Origin: the human T2T-CHM13v2.0 reference genome, Homo sapiens | DNA: 64,000 bases | Assembly (NCBI RefSeq): GCF_009914755.1 | Contig: NC_060934.1 | Reading direction: 5' to 3' (one strand) | Shown here: positions 25,351-42,048 of the stretch, in pieces | How positions within the stretch are numbered: the stretch's first letter is position 1 | Layout: every line of letters starts with the position of its first letter | The notes under the pieces: generated by a model | The model's database searches: none | Told to the model about the DNA's origin: nothing | Seen by the model: the letters and a program-made list of their open reading frames with translations, nothing else | Translations under genes and position numbers: made by a program

Positions 25351-27239
25351 TATTTTTCTCTGAATGTTCAAAATTTTATGAAATATTTAAGGAATAATTA
25401 ATACCAATTCTTCAAAAACTCTTCTAAAAACTAGAAGAGGAAATACTTCCCAATTTATTCTATAAGGCCAGTACTTCCTGGCACCAAAACCAGTACACCC
25501 TTGTTTTTCCTTCTCCTTACAAGAAAAGGAAACCACAGAGCAGTATTTCATTTGAATATAGGTAGGAAAATCCTCAACAAGAGTCTAGTAAACTAAATGC
25601 AAAAATATATATAAGATGAATTACACATGATGAGCAACTGAGATTTCTTCCACGATCACAAGGTTGGTTTAATAACCAAAATCAATTAACATAATAAACC
25701 ATATCAATAGAATTAGAGACAAAAACTACATGATTATCCATCTTGATATATGCAGAAAAAGCACCTTGAAAAATCCAATATCCTTATGATTAAAAATAAT
25801 CTCAACAAATTAAATATAAAATGGATTTTTTTTTAAATTTTAAACTCCATCTACAACAAATCCACGTGGAACTTCATACTTGGTGGTGAAAGACTTAAGG
25901 CTTTGCCCCTAAATCAGGCACGAGACAAGGATGTATGCCCTTGTCATTTATTTTCAATATTTTACTGGAGGTATTAGCCAGGACTATTGGAAAAGAAAAA
26001 TAAATAAAATTCACCCAACTTGGAAAAATTAAAACTAAAAGTATCTCCATTTGCAGAGAACATGATATTTTATACAGAAAATCTTAAGGAATCCACTACT
26101 ATACACTAATATTATATGGTGATAATTTAGCAAGGTTGCAGGGCACAAGGCCAATATACAAAATAATCAAAAGTATTTCCATATACTAGCAATGAATAAT
26201 CTGAAAATGATAGTAAGAAAATAATTTCATTTACAATAACATCAAAAACTTAAATATTTAGGAAAAGATGTAATAAAAGAAGCAGAAACTTGTACTCTGA
26301 AAACTATGAAACACCACAGAAAGAAATTAATGACATCCAGACAAACCTGAATATAAATAAAATGAATTATTTTATATGATATACTGAATACAATACACTG
26401 AATTGACACAAGAAAATAGATCTGTAATCGTTAAACTATTTGCATCTATAATTGAACATATTCCAATGACAAATGGTCTAGAAATTTTAAAGGTGAGTTC
26501 AGTTAAACATCTCAACATTAGAAAAAATATAAGGCCAATCTCATGAAAAATAAAAATGGGAGTCTTCCATAAAACATGTTGTGATACTAATATAGGTTTT
26601 ATTCCATGAGCAGAAAGGAACATTTTAAGTCAATTTCAATTATGAGGTTAAATATTAATATCAATTGTAGCAAAACTAAAAATTAGCCAATACAAAGCAG
26701 TTAATATAGAGAAAACATGTAATTAAATCTGGTCTATCAAAGTGATTTATTAATTGGTTTCCATTGGAAAATATTTACATGTTATTCACCACCATATAAA
26801 CACATAAAATAATGTTTAACCTCAAGAATAATTAGAGAATTTTAAGCCAGTGATACACCTTCATAAGCAAGAGTTAGTAAGACTGAAAACTAACAAATTT
26901 AAGTTATGAAAAAATGAGAACCCATATACTTACAGTGGAAGTATAAATTAGTACAACCTCAATAATCTTTTAGTTAAATATGGTTTAAAGATATGCATAT
27001 TTTGTGGCCCAAGCAATTTTTCCCCTAAATCTATGCTACCAGAGAAACTCCTGCAAACCAATACTAGAGATGTGTTTAAGGGATGTTATTAGTAGCTTCA
27101 ACTATAATAGCAAAAGAGTGAAACAAACTAGGTGTTCACCAACTAGGGGAATAAATTAATAAACTGTGATATATAGAAATACTTTAATAATGTACAGTAA
27201 TCATTATAACATACAGCAATCACAAACTAGAAAGATACA

Positions 27240-27790
27240 TGTTTTTCCAGTTACTATGGTTTCAGAACATATTTCTATAATACTTAGTGATGTAAAACAA
27301 CCATTTATCATGCTCTTGGTTTTAATGTGTCAGAATTTAAACAAAGCATGGGGGATATGGTTGATCTCTTCTCTACTTCGTCTGATGCCTTAGTTGGAAG
27401 ACTAGAGGGCTGGGGACCATTATCATCCACAGGCATGCTCACTTACAAGGCCACCAAGGCTGGCTGTCAGCTGATACCTCGGTTACTCTCCATTAGGCCT
27501 CTTCATGTAGTCTTGTCACACCACCTACTTTGGTTTCCTCATTTCGCAGTGGCTGGTTTCCCTTAAGCAACCATCCCAATATTGAGGGCAGAATGATTTA
27601 CTTCAGAAATCACAAAGCATCATTTCTGCTGTACTCTTTTAGTAAGAGCAATCCAAAGTTCCCCACCCAGATTCAGGAGGAGGGGACCCCCAGACATCTC
27701 TCAAGAGGAGTATCAAAGTCACATGGTAAGAAGAGCACATAAGATGGAAAAGACAGTCACAGCCATTTAGGAAAACAAAATCTGCCAAAC
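27240..27790 (-). mobile_element. MLT1-family solo LTR (MaLR)
   Basis: Antisense MLT1 motifs acttagtgatgtaaaacaaccattta...gtcagaatt...; ends gccatttaggaaaacaaaatctgcca. Confidence 0.7.
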
Positions 27791-30329
27791 ATCTTAATTG
27801 GCACAAAAACAATTTTGAGTGGAAAAAGTAATTTACAGCACAGTATAATTCCACTTATGTAGAGGGTTTAAATATATGCATATATACATATGTATGCATA
27901 TATTTAAACATGCCCACATATATTTAAAGGAAAAAAGGAATGCAATAAAAATGATCAACAAGAAATCAAAGAAGATATTATCTTTGGGAATGTGGGAGGG
28001 AGAAATATGCAATTGCGAAGGAATATACAAGAAACCCATCATAATATGCAAATGTTTCATTTCTTAAGTTAGGTTTCATGGGCATTCATTATAGCATATT
28101 ATTATATGTGGGGGATAAACTCCAAAGGAATTTGAATTTAGTTAGCTATGAGGTATTATGGAAAGGGAAATGCCAAGGATGCATTCTAGGCGTAGCACTT
28201 AGAGAGGTGATTACACAGTAATGTCCTGCACACACAAAAAAGATACAGATATTCAATTGGAGGAAAAGAAAAATGCCCATAGCAAATATTGAGGTAGACA
28301 TAGATAGAAGAACAGAGAGACATATACAGACACAGACATTGGCGTAGTTCATCAACTAAAGCCCTTGGATCAGTCTTTACAGGCAATATGATCCTACAAA
28401 GAAATCACCAAATTTCTGGAAGTTATCCTGAGATTTAAAATGCTTGTAGTTCAATAATATCATGTGATCATCAAGGTGACACTGCAAAATTTCTGCTCTG
28501 ATGAGTGTTCGAAGAAATAGAAAGGGCTGATCATTGCTTCAAAAGTGTTTATATTGATAACATGGCTAGTTATTTATGTGTGTCTGTCTGATTTGTAAAC
28601 AGGTTTCCCCTGACAAAAATATCTTTTCCAGCATTAAGCATGTTGCTGGAAATTTCACCTCCAGAGATTATTTCCATTGGGTACGGCTCCTGAAATTCAC
28701 TCTCAAAAGTCTTTCTTTGAAGATGCAGAGGTGGAACAACACTTAAATGGGACGATTCTTTATCCACATCAGTGTCACAATGGTAGACACTCAAAAGTAA
28801 GGTCACAGAGAAATAGTCTTCAACAGGAAAAAACTGAGAATACAAAGACCAGAACAAAACCAAAGGGTACAGATTTCTGACAGAGGAACAGATAAAGATC
28901 AAGGCATTTTTCTTTCACAATTTTTCTAAAGGAACATGTGCTTAGCAATCTTATCACAGGGTCAACATATATGGCTACAGATATTTAAACATGGCCAGCC
29001 CAAATATCTAAATTGAGTTTAGCAGCATGGGAGACGCGATTTCTTAAAAATATTTAGTACTGTGGAAATACGTGATACAGAGCTTTTTGGAAACCTATTT
29101 CAAGTCATACATACACAGTTAGAAAAGTGCCCATGGAATCTATACAAAGTTACATGAACAACTGCGTTGCTTTAGAAAAGGGGGAAAATGAGTTCAGAAT
29201 CTATTATGTAGGTCATATATCAGTATTAATTGGTTTCAATGGGGTTTGTGTTAAAAAATAGAATCCATCTTCTTTAGAAAATAAAGATATTTCTTCTGTT
29301 TACATGTAAACTAGGACAGATTCCTTTATTGCGGATATAAAAACTAGGCTAAAAAAAGGCTACTCAAAAGAGGACATCTCCAAGTCTTCTTTCATTTCTT
29401 TTTTATTTAACCTGATGAAAAGAAAAAGAGAAGAAAAATATCATGGCTATAGGTGAGCAATAAAATAGCCATGAAGATACTATCTTCTTACTATCACAGG
29501 TTCACGGGTTTTGATAGAGGTATCCCCTTTATAATAATGGTTGCCTTTTGAAACGTATCTTAGTGTGAAAATCTTTAGTCACTAACGTGTGTCTCCTGGG
29601 GGGCGGGGCATGGGAACAAAACTTGAAAAAGATCACTTCCACATAAAGACAACTATAAGTTGGCCAAGTAAACATGAATTAGATGTACAAAAATTACCAA
29701 TTTCATAGCAAGACACTAAATATTTCTGTCAAAAGTTGTGGGGTGTTGCTGACTATAATTAAGCTTTAGCTTTACAGTAGTTTCACTTTCAAAAAAGACT
29801 ATATGTATATAATATACTTAGTGTATAACTTTTGCCTTTTACACAGGCTTTTCTAAGAAAGAATAAAATACTGGCTGGAAAACCTTTCTTCAGTTATTTC
29901 TTGGTAGATTAATCTTCTCCTCAAAGTCCCAATAATAATTGTAATGCCTAATCCCTGAGAACAAGTCACTTCAGGTGGGAAATGGAAGCAGCTTGGGAAT
30001 TCTTCGACAAGAAGAACCAGATTTAGATAAAAAAAATTCACTGTAGTCAAGGCCAGGGTGAAAATTCACAAAGCAAGTAACCTCTTATACACCCAGTCCT
30101 AAGTACAGACATCCATATGTGTATGTATGGCCCTCCTCCAGCCCTGTGCAGGGGGGTCTTTGGCCAATGCAACACTACCATCTCCCTTATAAGGTCTCTT
30201 CTGTGTGGCACAGGAAAAGCCAGCAGCTATATTTTCTTGAATTCTTTTCCTGGGATAGTTTGTCAATGAGAGGAAAATGTATACATTAGTAAGATGGAAA
30301 AGAAGCAGAAACTATCATTCTCAGGAGGC

Positions 30330-31560
<1,231 letters not shown>

Positions 31561-32094
31561 TCTGTTCACTGTTTCTTTTTCAATTTTCCCAACATCTTTG
31601 CAGAACTCAGTTTAGACTGCCCACTCAAAACATGATAAACTCTATCTTCCACTACCTTCCCAGTATCGAATTTTTTTAAGGTTTTGTTTTTCACAGACTT
31701 GTTTCCCCCCCGCCACCGCCACCCTTTGGTTCTTTTATAATTGTAAATTAAATTTGTTCAAGCAGTTATACAAAATTATCTGTTGAAAATATATGTGTCC
31801 AAACCTGTGCTAGGCACTGATGGAAAATCAACATGGAAAGTGCACTCCTGGTTTTCACAGAACAAGGATTGGGAAAGATACAGACACAACCTGGAAGCAC
31901 AGCATCTACAAGGCTTTCGCTCAGACTTTAGAGAAGAGACTTCACAGCTGACCTAGGAACACATCAGAAAGGACTTATTTTCAACTGCATTTGAAAGTGT
32001 AAGGTAGAATCCCCACTTTCCAATCACCGCAATTTAGTTTTATTGACACAGCAAATAAAACCCTTGCCTGGAGGTTAAAGGTATAAATGAAAAC

Positions 32095-32827
<733 letters not shown>

Positions 32828-33299
32828 CTGACAAAAACTACGAATAGAAAAAATCCATCCCCCCTTTCTTCTGAAAATCCATATTTTGTCAGGAAGAACC
32901 TAATAAAAAAGCAGCTGACATGATGGTCTCAGAAATGCACTTTTCAAACTCTTAGTACAAACATCACAGAACAGAGGGTAGAAAAGTAGACTTGAGGCTT
33001 AGAATAAGAAAAACAAGCACAGTCTATCTTTAGCTACTCAGCATCTGCATACATTCTTCTACCTATATCTGAATTCTGAACAATTAAAATAACATTCTGC
33101 TTCCAACTCTGAGATACAACAAACACATTATCATAACACCCCCTATTCACACCTCTCTGGAATCCACAAGTCACATTTCCACGTGAATAATCTATAAGCT
33201 GAAGACTAAAGACAAAATGATAAAGTTATTACAACCAATGCTTCATATAAACTGAAAGGAGAAAGGAGAAGTTTAAAAAAAGAGAGAGACAAATATTAG

Positions 33300-36200
33300 T
33301 GTAAACATAAGAAGGCAATGTGTATGTCTGCCAGACACTGAACTTCTGTAACTGGTCACAAGGGTATAGTTGATTTTAATTTACTTCTTACAGACCCCAT
33401 TCATTTTAACTTTACTCTTAGACCCTTGGTCACACATCTGCTGGCAGAAGAAGCTCTTTACATGGAGAGAACCTAACTTTATTCCTGAAAGGTCTGAGTC
33501 CTCAGGTGTTCCACCTTTATTGGGTTACTCTGTTGGGGTTTTCTTTACATTAATTTTTTACTTTTGTACATGGAAAAGTTAAGAGACACAAAGAAAAATC
33601 CTTCAGTTTTGAACGTAATCTTTGTTGTGTAAATGGTAGACCAGAAAATATCTCTTTGGATACTGGGACCAATCACGTCTCCAAGCACAGTAAAACCCTT
33701 CTTTGTTATTTCCATTGCATGATGAGCCCAAATAGCAAGTCACATTCTCAACTTGTAATTCATTGGAAACATTCCTATGTCCCTGTGATGGAAGAATTTC
33801 TCCCCTGAGCAAAAACAACCTTAAACTTATGCCTAAATTTTAGAGATAAAAACAAGAATTCCACAGTTCAGCTACTGCCATTGTGAGAGAAGTAACTCTC
33901 ACACTCACCTGTTGGTTTCTGCATCTGAGTATACTGGCGGTGGGAGAATCAGCATCACTTACTGCTCTTTAGTTCAGAGCATATCTACATCTTGTAGACT
34001 AATGTACCAAACTTGAAGGGAATTGTTTTCCAAATGGTATCTGTGACTGGATCTTCACTATGTCATGTAAACATGCTACCATGCCAGCTACTTCTGGGTG
34101 ATGGGTATAATATGAATGAATTCTATGGGTGTGAGCCTTTTGATACATTATTACTGTGAAATAAGTGACTCAATCTAAAATGATGTTGCATGAGCTAACA
34201 TGATGACTGAAGCACCCAAAATATCCAGACACAGGAGGTGCTGACAGAGCATTGTGAACAAGAAAAATAAGCCTTATCCAAAATACGAATTTACTCTAAT
34301 GAGGACACATTGATGAGCACTCTCATAGGACACAAATATCTTCAAACTATAGGCTCAATCCATGAGGTCTATCCACATGAGTCTTACCCAGCCCTGCTTG
34401 TTAAATCTCTTCCATACCAGTCCCTCATCATCTGGCTCACCAGTCGTACTGCCCATGAATTAGCATGCATCCATACCACTGGCCATCTCTCTGTCCAGAC
34501 AGTGAAAAACCAAATGCATTGCTTAAAATACTACCTACTCAGAAGACAATCAGTGAGTATCCTCAATGGGGCTAATATCATTTATAAACCATGCCTGAGA
34601 TTTCCCTTCCTTCATCACATACTCATAGGGAATTTTGTGTGGTCACAGGTGTGTGCTTAGGGGAAAAGGCAATGATACAAGAGTAGGTGCCATAGAAATC
34701 TAAGCCAATTGCTCATGCAAATGATTTTTTGTCAGGGACCCACCAGGTCAGGGACCTACGCTGGCAGATGCCACTTCAACTCCATACTGTTTTGCTGCTG
34801 CACACACCCAACCTTATGGCTTGGAGGATTAGGGAAGACACAGTTCATGATGGGCAGCTCAGGTCTCACAGTCATTAGATGTAGCAGAATAATGGACCCT
34901 ACCCCTCCAATATACCCACTTCCTAATCCAAAGATCCTGTGAATATGTGGTTTATAGCAAACGGGAATTAAGTTTGCAGATGGAATTAAGGTTATCAATT
35001 AACCTTGATACAGGATGGTTATCCTGGATTATTCAAGTGGACTAAATGTCATCAAAAGGGTCCTTAAAAGTAGACAGGGGAGATGTGATTAGGGAAAAAT
35101 GTTCAGAGAGATGCAAGACCACAAGCCAAGGAATACTGAGGGAACTCTAGATGACGGAAAAGGCAGGAAAGAGATTCTCCCCTCTAGCCTCCAGAAATGA
35201 ACGCAGCCCTGCTAACACCTTGATTTTAGGTCCATGAGATCCTTCTCAGATGTCTGACCTTCAGAACTGTAGAATAATAAACCTGTGTTGTTTTAAGCCA
35301 CCAACTTTGTGGTGATTCATTACGGCAGAAATGGATAACTAATAGACTTCATATTCTATGACCGAGCATCATCTACCAGGGCCTGGTTCTAAGCCAGAAG
35401 ATGTATCTTAAAATGAAAATAATTACTTTCAGATGAATCAGGAAGCTGTCCATCAGACCTACACATTTCTGCTTTTATAGATAAAGTAACACTTTACTAG
35501 TTTACTCATCTATTTTATTATTAGATCAGCTTTCTGGAGACAAAAACATTTTGTCTGGCATTTGAACCCTGTTGATTATGACAGGAATTATACCCATTTT
35601 GTTTCTGGTGAATCACATCTGGTCTTTGCCACTCTAGGATGCTACCAGTTCAACTGAAAACAGGAAGCCTGTGTTAATTCCGTCAACTCTAACATTATCC
35701 ACAGCATGTAGAGGAAAATCACCAAAGACTTTCTCAAAGATGCTAGTGATCTCTTCACTAAGTTATGTATCAATTTATTGGTACTTTAGTCAAGAGTGTC
35801 CTCCTGACCCTCAACAAGGGATGCAGGGCAAACAAGATTAGTCCACTCCAAGATTTGTATCCCCCCCTAAAACTATGTATTCTATCTTTTACATCAGGGA
35901 AGATGTTTGCTTCTAAACATCATTAAGTACAAAACATTTAAAGTATTAAAAATTAAAAATAAATTACATGCAGTTGAATCCAGGTTTCAGGCAATCAACT
36001 ATGGAAACTCTTCAGATAAGTCCTGACTCCTTGAATCAACACATTAGATTCATGGTAAATGCCTTGACAACTTTTGCATAATCTAATATTAAAATCCATC
36101 TATTTTTGCCTAACACTTGAATTGATTATCATATATATTTCTCAGTTTTAAGATAATATAAATGAGCAAATATTGCAATTATTTTGGCAAACAAGCCGTC

Positions 36201-36720
36201 TCTTCCTGGGTTGCACGTTGCACTAATCCTCTTGGAGAATGTTTGGATCTTACTTGAAGTGGATCTAGAGGCAATGGAAGTGATGGAGGTGGTTCCTGAG
36301 GTGACCAGGCCTTCCCTTGAAATGCTGCTAACTTGGAGAGATGACTATAAAATGTTCATGGAAGCCTTTCTCCTCAGCCAGAAAAGGAGAGGTTACTTTG
36401 GCTGGCAAGGGATGCTTAGGGAGATTTGGGGATTAAAGTGCAGGAAGATGTAGTTATCCCACTCCTGACTTTTTGTAGTCATTACTTCTATCATGATGGT
36501 CAAATCAAGTGGCTAATTGGCTTTTCAAAACTCTACCTGTCCTTCATCCCAAGAAAACATATATGATAATGTATATATCTGTGGTACTAATGGACAGCGC
36601 TAATACAGTTATCCCATTTTTCCCACCAGCAAAAGTGTCATTATTAGATCAAAATAATCCAGAGTCCCATGTCTGAAGATCTGTCTTCTAGGACTTCATC
36701 TCATAGAAATGAATATATAA
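33300..36720 (-). mobile_element. Degraded ERVL-class internal region (gag/pol remnants)
   Basis: Minus strand 34378-34310 translates MWIDLMD*AYSLKIFVSYESAHQ, resembling the ERVL RNase H segment (MWIDLSEWAK.VKIFVSHVNAHQ, recalled); ERVL-like 3' internal motif ttcctgaaaggtctgagtcctcagg at ~33482. Confidence 0.7.
34880..35346 (+). mobile_element. MLT1C/D-like solo LTR nested in the ERVL region
   Basis: tgtagcagaataatggacc...cctgtgaatatgt...gcagatggaattaaggtt...gcagccctgctaacaccttgattttag...aataaacctgtgttgttttaagccacc...aactaataga. Confidence 0.85.
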
Positions 36721-39700
36721 AGTCAGGAAACAAAAGCACAGGTAGTATTTCAATGAGCATATTTAATGCAGAGTTAGTTTCGGTGCTCTAGATAAGAGAG
36801 GACACTGTCCTATACTAGGGTACTGGCAGTGAAGAGATGAAGTAAGTCATTTTTGAAATCTAAGAGACGGTACCTTATAAGAGGGAGGTATGTGGAGAAA
36901 GAAATATATTGCAAATAATGAACAAGTTTCTGGGTTAAGAAGTTTGTGTATGACAGGAGTTCAGATTTCTAGATCAAGTAGTCAGGGGTATGGAAAGCAG
37001 ATTATCCTTGGGGAAAGAAGAGATGATAACACATCCAAATACATACCCAAGAAAAACGTAGAATGGAAACTGAAAGGAAGTCAGAAATGGAAAAATAAAT
37101 GGACTCATGGATATGAGTCCCCAAATAGACTCATAAATTATACGATAAGATAAACATAGTTGTTTTCTAAAAATTAAACTATAATATGAATTAATATCCC
37201 ATAGTATAGATACATAGTCTCAAAAACCTCTTTGATTATTAAGCCTTACTATTCATTTGAATCCTTCAATGATTACTATTATATATATTAGAAAAAAATA
37301 ATTATCAAGCAGAAAAATAATTGGTAAGTGCTTGTAAGAAAATAATTGGTAAGGGAATTTAGAAAACAATGACAAAGCTGGAGGTAAACACTCCAGGTAT
37401 CTATCTAACCACTACACAAACAACAGAGTATTGACCCATAACCTTCAAGTGTTATATATTGTATATCAAGTCTATCCATGTTATACATGTAAGCACTTTA
37501 CCCATTTTAGTTATCTAAATAGCTCTCATTGTTTTGGTTTATTTCCAATCAACTTTATATTTTTTATTGTTGTTTCCATGAATGCACAACTATGTCAAGA
37601 AAGTGACTCGTCATGCAAAGAAATACATCATTGCTTGTATTTCTTAATTACACTTAATACTATTCATTAATACAGTGATTATGGCTAATATGAGCCAGTT
37701 ATATGACATAAATATCATCTCTTTGGGCTGTCAAGAGGAGAATTTTAATGCTTAATACTGATGGATGGATCCTACACCCAGGTAAATTCGTATTTTGGGG
37801 TAGCCACTTGAGGGTCAGCCAGCAATCTCTCTATGGGGAATACTCTGACCTCACCACAAGTAATTCTTTCAAAAGTTAATAGAAATTGAAATGGTAGATA
37901 AGTTTCCCCTTAATATGAATACATTGTAAAAAAAAAAAAAAGGACTAGTGATGAGAAAACACATAGAAGTAAAAAATACCAGTTATTTATATACAGAGAT
38001 GCTACTGGCTCAGACTGGCAATTTTCCACACACTACTAAGTATACTTGCTATGTCTATTAGTATTCCCATTATTGTTAACAGTTGGTGCCAACGTAATGC
38101 ATTATGAAAATTTATTTTAACGCAAAACATAAGAGGATATCTCTAATAGCATTTTTCTTCATCTCTGGGGCACAGTATATTACATCAAGAGGGTATGTCA
38201 AATCTGAATGCGCCTAAGCCACAGAATTTGAAGTTAAACTTCAGTTCACCTTTAAAACATATCTTCCACCTACGTGGCTTAAAACATGGCAATAGTTAGC
38301 AAGCACCCTTGGCTCCATCCTCCCACCTACACTAGAGAAAAACTATTTTGCACACAGAGGTCAGAGTGACCTGGTAAATGTTACCTGGCAATTGCTGGGC
38401 ATTTAGGAAAGAAGAAGAAAGTCACAGAAAATGACCCAGGCACAGTCCCTTTGCCTGTCAAACAAGGAAAGACAAGGATTAAAAATAAAACCTACATCAT
38501 ATAAGGTTAAGAACTCCTGTTGTGCTAAGAGCTTTTGAAGCCAGAAAATACCAGAGGCTTGAGTTTATCTGGGATAAAAATGAAAGTTCTGACCCGACAT
38601 CATTAGTGCCTCACTCCACTTTTGACCGCAGCTCCCACAGGTTCTTGAAAGCAGCTTAACCAGGGTTAGAAGGGCAAGCCCAGGGCAGAAAAAATGACAC
38701 TCATCCATTTAAACATAATTTAATTCTCTGAAGGCTTTTAAAATAGGTTCTTAGAATCAACATCCTTGAGCACTCCGATTGAATGCAGCTATTTTGGGAA
38801 ATAAAATTGCTGTTATTGATATTTTCTGCATGAATTCAAGGAGGCAAAAACCAAGTGAGGTGCCTTTTGGCCCTTCTACTCTGTAGTCTCAAATCAAAGC
38901 ACGGATGAAGTGGAATCTAATATATTTTGTGTTAATGTGCTTCAAGATATGCTAACATCCACTTTGTGTTATAATAATCTGGTATAGTGTATCTACTTCT
39001 ACTCTAATAAATGGACTCAAGTTTAGACTGACCTCTAAAAAACATCTCCATTATCAGTACCTCAGCTCTTCCTCTTCTTCAGAGCATGTTAGAAAGTTAC
39101 AAGAGTTACATGAAGTACCTGAGCAGCTAAGTTCAAAGTGTATCCTGAATCCACAACAAATCCTGGGGAATCCTAATCTATCCCTGTTTCTTTGTAGACC
39201 TCATAAAATGGCACCATCATAGTCCCTCTTATAAACCCCAAGTATTAGTATCTGAGATAAACTATTCTTAGGCACAAAGCAGTATGTGTTTAGCCAGCTA
39301 TCACCTAGAACAGATGAATGCTTTGAGGATCTTGAACTTTGGGAATGTACATTTCCATGGAATGGGGAATTGAAGGTCTAATAAAGAAAAGTTTGATAAA
39401 CTTAGTGAAATAAATGAAGAGAAGCTCTGTAATTCCATAGGTCAGAGGATAAGTAAAAACAAAAACCCATCACTACAGTGGGGCATAGCTGTGAAAAAAA
39501 TGAGGTGTGCTCTCCACCTCACATTGAAGATAGGCCCCAGATATTTTCATATTTATTTTCATTGAGATAAAATTCATAAATCCTAAGTGTAAAATTCAAT
39601 GAGTTTTAGCAAATATATACATGTGCTATCATATCAATCAAGATAGAAAACATTGTCATTACTACAGAAAGTTTTTCTTCATGTGGCTTCAATTAGAAAG

Positions 39701-39931
39701 GTGTCAACACTTTAAACAACGAAAGTTCTGATTTCTATCATCATAGTTTTATCAGCTGTACAATTAATATAAATTTCTTTTACTGTATATAGAGTTTGTG
39801 TCTGACTTCTTTTGCAGAGTACTGTTTTTTTTAGAGCCATCCTTGTTGTTGGTGTGTCAGTATTTGTTTCTTTTTTATTGCCAAATAACATTTTATTATA
39901 TAAATATTCCATTGCTTATCTATTTCTTTGG

Positions 39932-40404
39932 TATCAAGAACTGGAATGATCTGAGAACCTACCCTTCATGTCAGCTGACAAATTAGGCTGCCACAGTTTT
40001 TAAAATGCTGACAGAAGACAAATAAAGGACTTTTATTACTCATGGAAGAACAGGCAGCATAAGTATCACATTTGCATGAGTTTCTCTTCTCCCATCTCCA
40101 AGTCCCATGGGTATGATCCCAGGTGCATTCTTGCACACACAAAGAATTTGGGTCTCAGATGAAGAACCCCAAGTTTAGGAATCCCTGATCTTTAACAGGG
40201 GTTGCTAGCAAACCTGCTCAACTTTTGCCTTCTAGACATGTTATCTTCAAAACTTCAATCAGGTAATAAATCTGCCCTCTGCCTGCCAGGGGAAACACTA
40301 TTCTCTGCCGAGGGTATTGTCTATATAAATATCCTCGAAAAGACAGTGCAGAACAAAAGCCAATTCAAAACATACAGAACTCCATGGAGAGCTCTCTCTT
40401 AACA
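39932..40404 (-). mobile_element. MER54/MER73/MER74-family solo LTR (ERVL)
   Basis: tatcaagaactggaatgatctgagaacctaccc...ggctgccacagttt...aaaggacttttattactca matches the antisense 3' end of this family (recalled); ends ctcttaaca. Confidence 0.7.
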
Positions 40405-40417
40405 CCTGGTGATGGAC

Positions 40418-40556
40418 GTTTCCTAGCATTCCATATAAATTAAGTTACAATGTTTTCTAGTCTTCTAGCTCCAACTCATTCATTAAAGTCCAAAATCAAT
40501 GGAAGAGCTAACAAAACGCAAGATATATATTCCTTTATCAACTCAACAATTATTTT
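40418..40556 (+). repeat. 139-bp dispersed direct repeat, copy 1 (copy 2 at 42049-42187)
   Basis: gtttcctagcattccatataaattaag...ctcaacaattatttt occurs twice with 4 mismatches. Confidence 0.95.
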
Positions 40557-40812
40557 GGTTCCAGTTTGGAACTAGTATGTTATTTCCTTAACATGTTCCA
40601 TGAATCAATCATGCCGTGTGTGACTAAAAACAGTTTGACTTTTCCTGTAAAATTTTTATGCGCTTTTTTTCCCTTGTTTATTACACTAGCAAGGGACTAT
40701 ATTGAACAGATGGGTTTAGAACTGATTCTTCGTTATTTTGTTCCCAGTCTTAGGGTAAAAGTGTTCAGTATTTCACCATGTGTGATGTCAGCTGCACATT
40801 TTTTCATACATG

Positions 40813-40895
40813 CACTTTATCAGTGGATAAACTTTCCACTTTATCAGTTTTATCAGTGGATAAACTTTTCCACTTCATCAGTTTTATCAGTGGAA
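40813..40895 (+). repeat. Short tandem repeat, 33-34-bp unit, ~2.5 copies
   Basis: tttatcagtggataaact(t)ttccactt(t/c)atcagt repeated; cagtgg recurs at 40821, 40854 and 40888. Confidence 0.9.
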
Positions 40896-41248
40896 AACGT
40901 TCCTTCTATTACTAGTTTGCTTCATACTTTTATGATACATGTTAAATAGATGTTAAATTTTATCAAATACACTTTCTGCATCAATTAAGACCATCGCATA
41001 TTTTTCTCCTTTTTTCTATTAATGACAGTGATTAAATTTTGATATTAAACTTTCTTCTATTTCTAAAATAAATCACATATAAGCATATATATGATCTATT
41101 GTTTCTACTGCTGGATTTTATTGTTGTTACTTCATTTGGAATTTTTGCAGATCATTTCTTGAATGTTATTTGTCTTTAATTTTCCTTTCTTAAAATATGT
41201 GTGTCAGATTTGTCACCAGAATAACATTGTCCTCTTAAAATGTACTGA

Positions 41249-41538
41249 AAAGTGTTCCCTCTTCCTTTATTTTCTGAAATAGTTTAAGAGTACAGTAATG
41301 CTGTGTTTATTTATTTCTTAAATATTGGATACCATTTGCAAACTTATGTGGACCTAAAGCTTTCTTTGCAAAGAGGCATTTAATTAAAATTTAAAGTGTT
41401 CCCTCTTCCTTTATTTTCTGAAATAGTTTAAGAGTACAGTAATGCTGTGTTTATTTATTTCTTAAATATTGGATACCATTTGCAAACTTATTTGGACCTA
41501 AAGCTTTCTTTGCAAAGAGGCATTTAATTAAAATTTAA
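41249..41538 (+). repeat. 144-bp tandem duplication
   Basis: aaagtgttccctcttcc...catttaattaaaattt at 41249-41392 and 41393-41536; 1 mismatch. Confidence 0.97.
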
Positions 41539-42048
41539 TTATTTTAATAGATATAGGGTTTTTAATATTCTACTTTTTCTTGTGTCAGTTTTGGAAAGTT
41601 GTTTGTTTCAAAGGATCTGATCCATTTCATCAAAGTTTTCAAATTTATTTGTATAGAGTTGTTAATAATATTTATTATCTTTTCAGTTCTTTATAATCTG
41701 TTTTGTCCATCCTCTATCATTCCTGGTTTTAATAATTTATGATTGCCACTTATTGTCTTCATCAGATTTGCTGGGTATTTATCACTTTCATTAACCTTTT
41801 TTTAGGAATGGTGGCTTCCTTAATTTTCTCTATAGTGTATTTCCTTGTTTATCTTTAATGATTTATTTAGTTCAACATGCTTTTCTTTTTCTAGCTCCTA
41901 AAAGTGGAAACTTATATCCTTGATTTAAAGTCATTATTCTTTTATAATATAAACATTTAAAGCCATACATTTATTTCTATGCCCTATTTTGGCTGCATAA
42001 TATGACTTTTGATAAGTTTGATAAGTTTGTTATTATTTAGTTTAAAAT

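Noticed and set aside
28570-28902. 110-aa minus-strand ORF in unique-looking DNA
   Set aside because: Non-ATG start, no recognisable domain and no supportable splice structure; the length is compatible with chance.
38378-38390. Second RFX-like site gttacctggcaat
   Set aside because: Imperfect half-site and isolated, with no supporting motifs.
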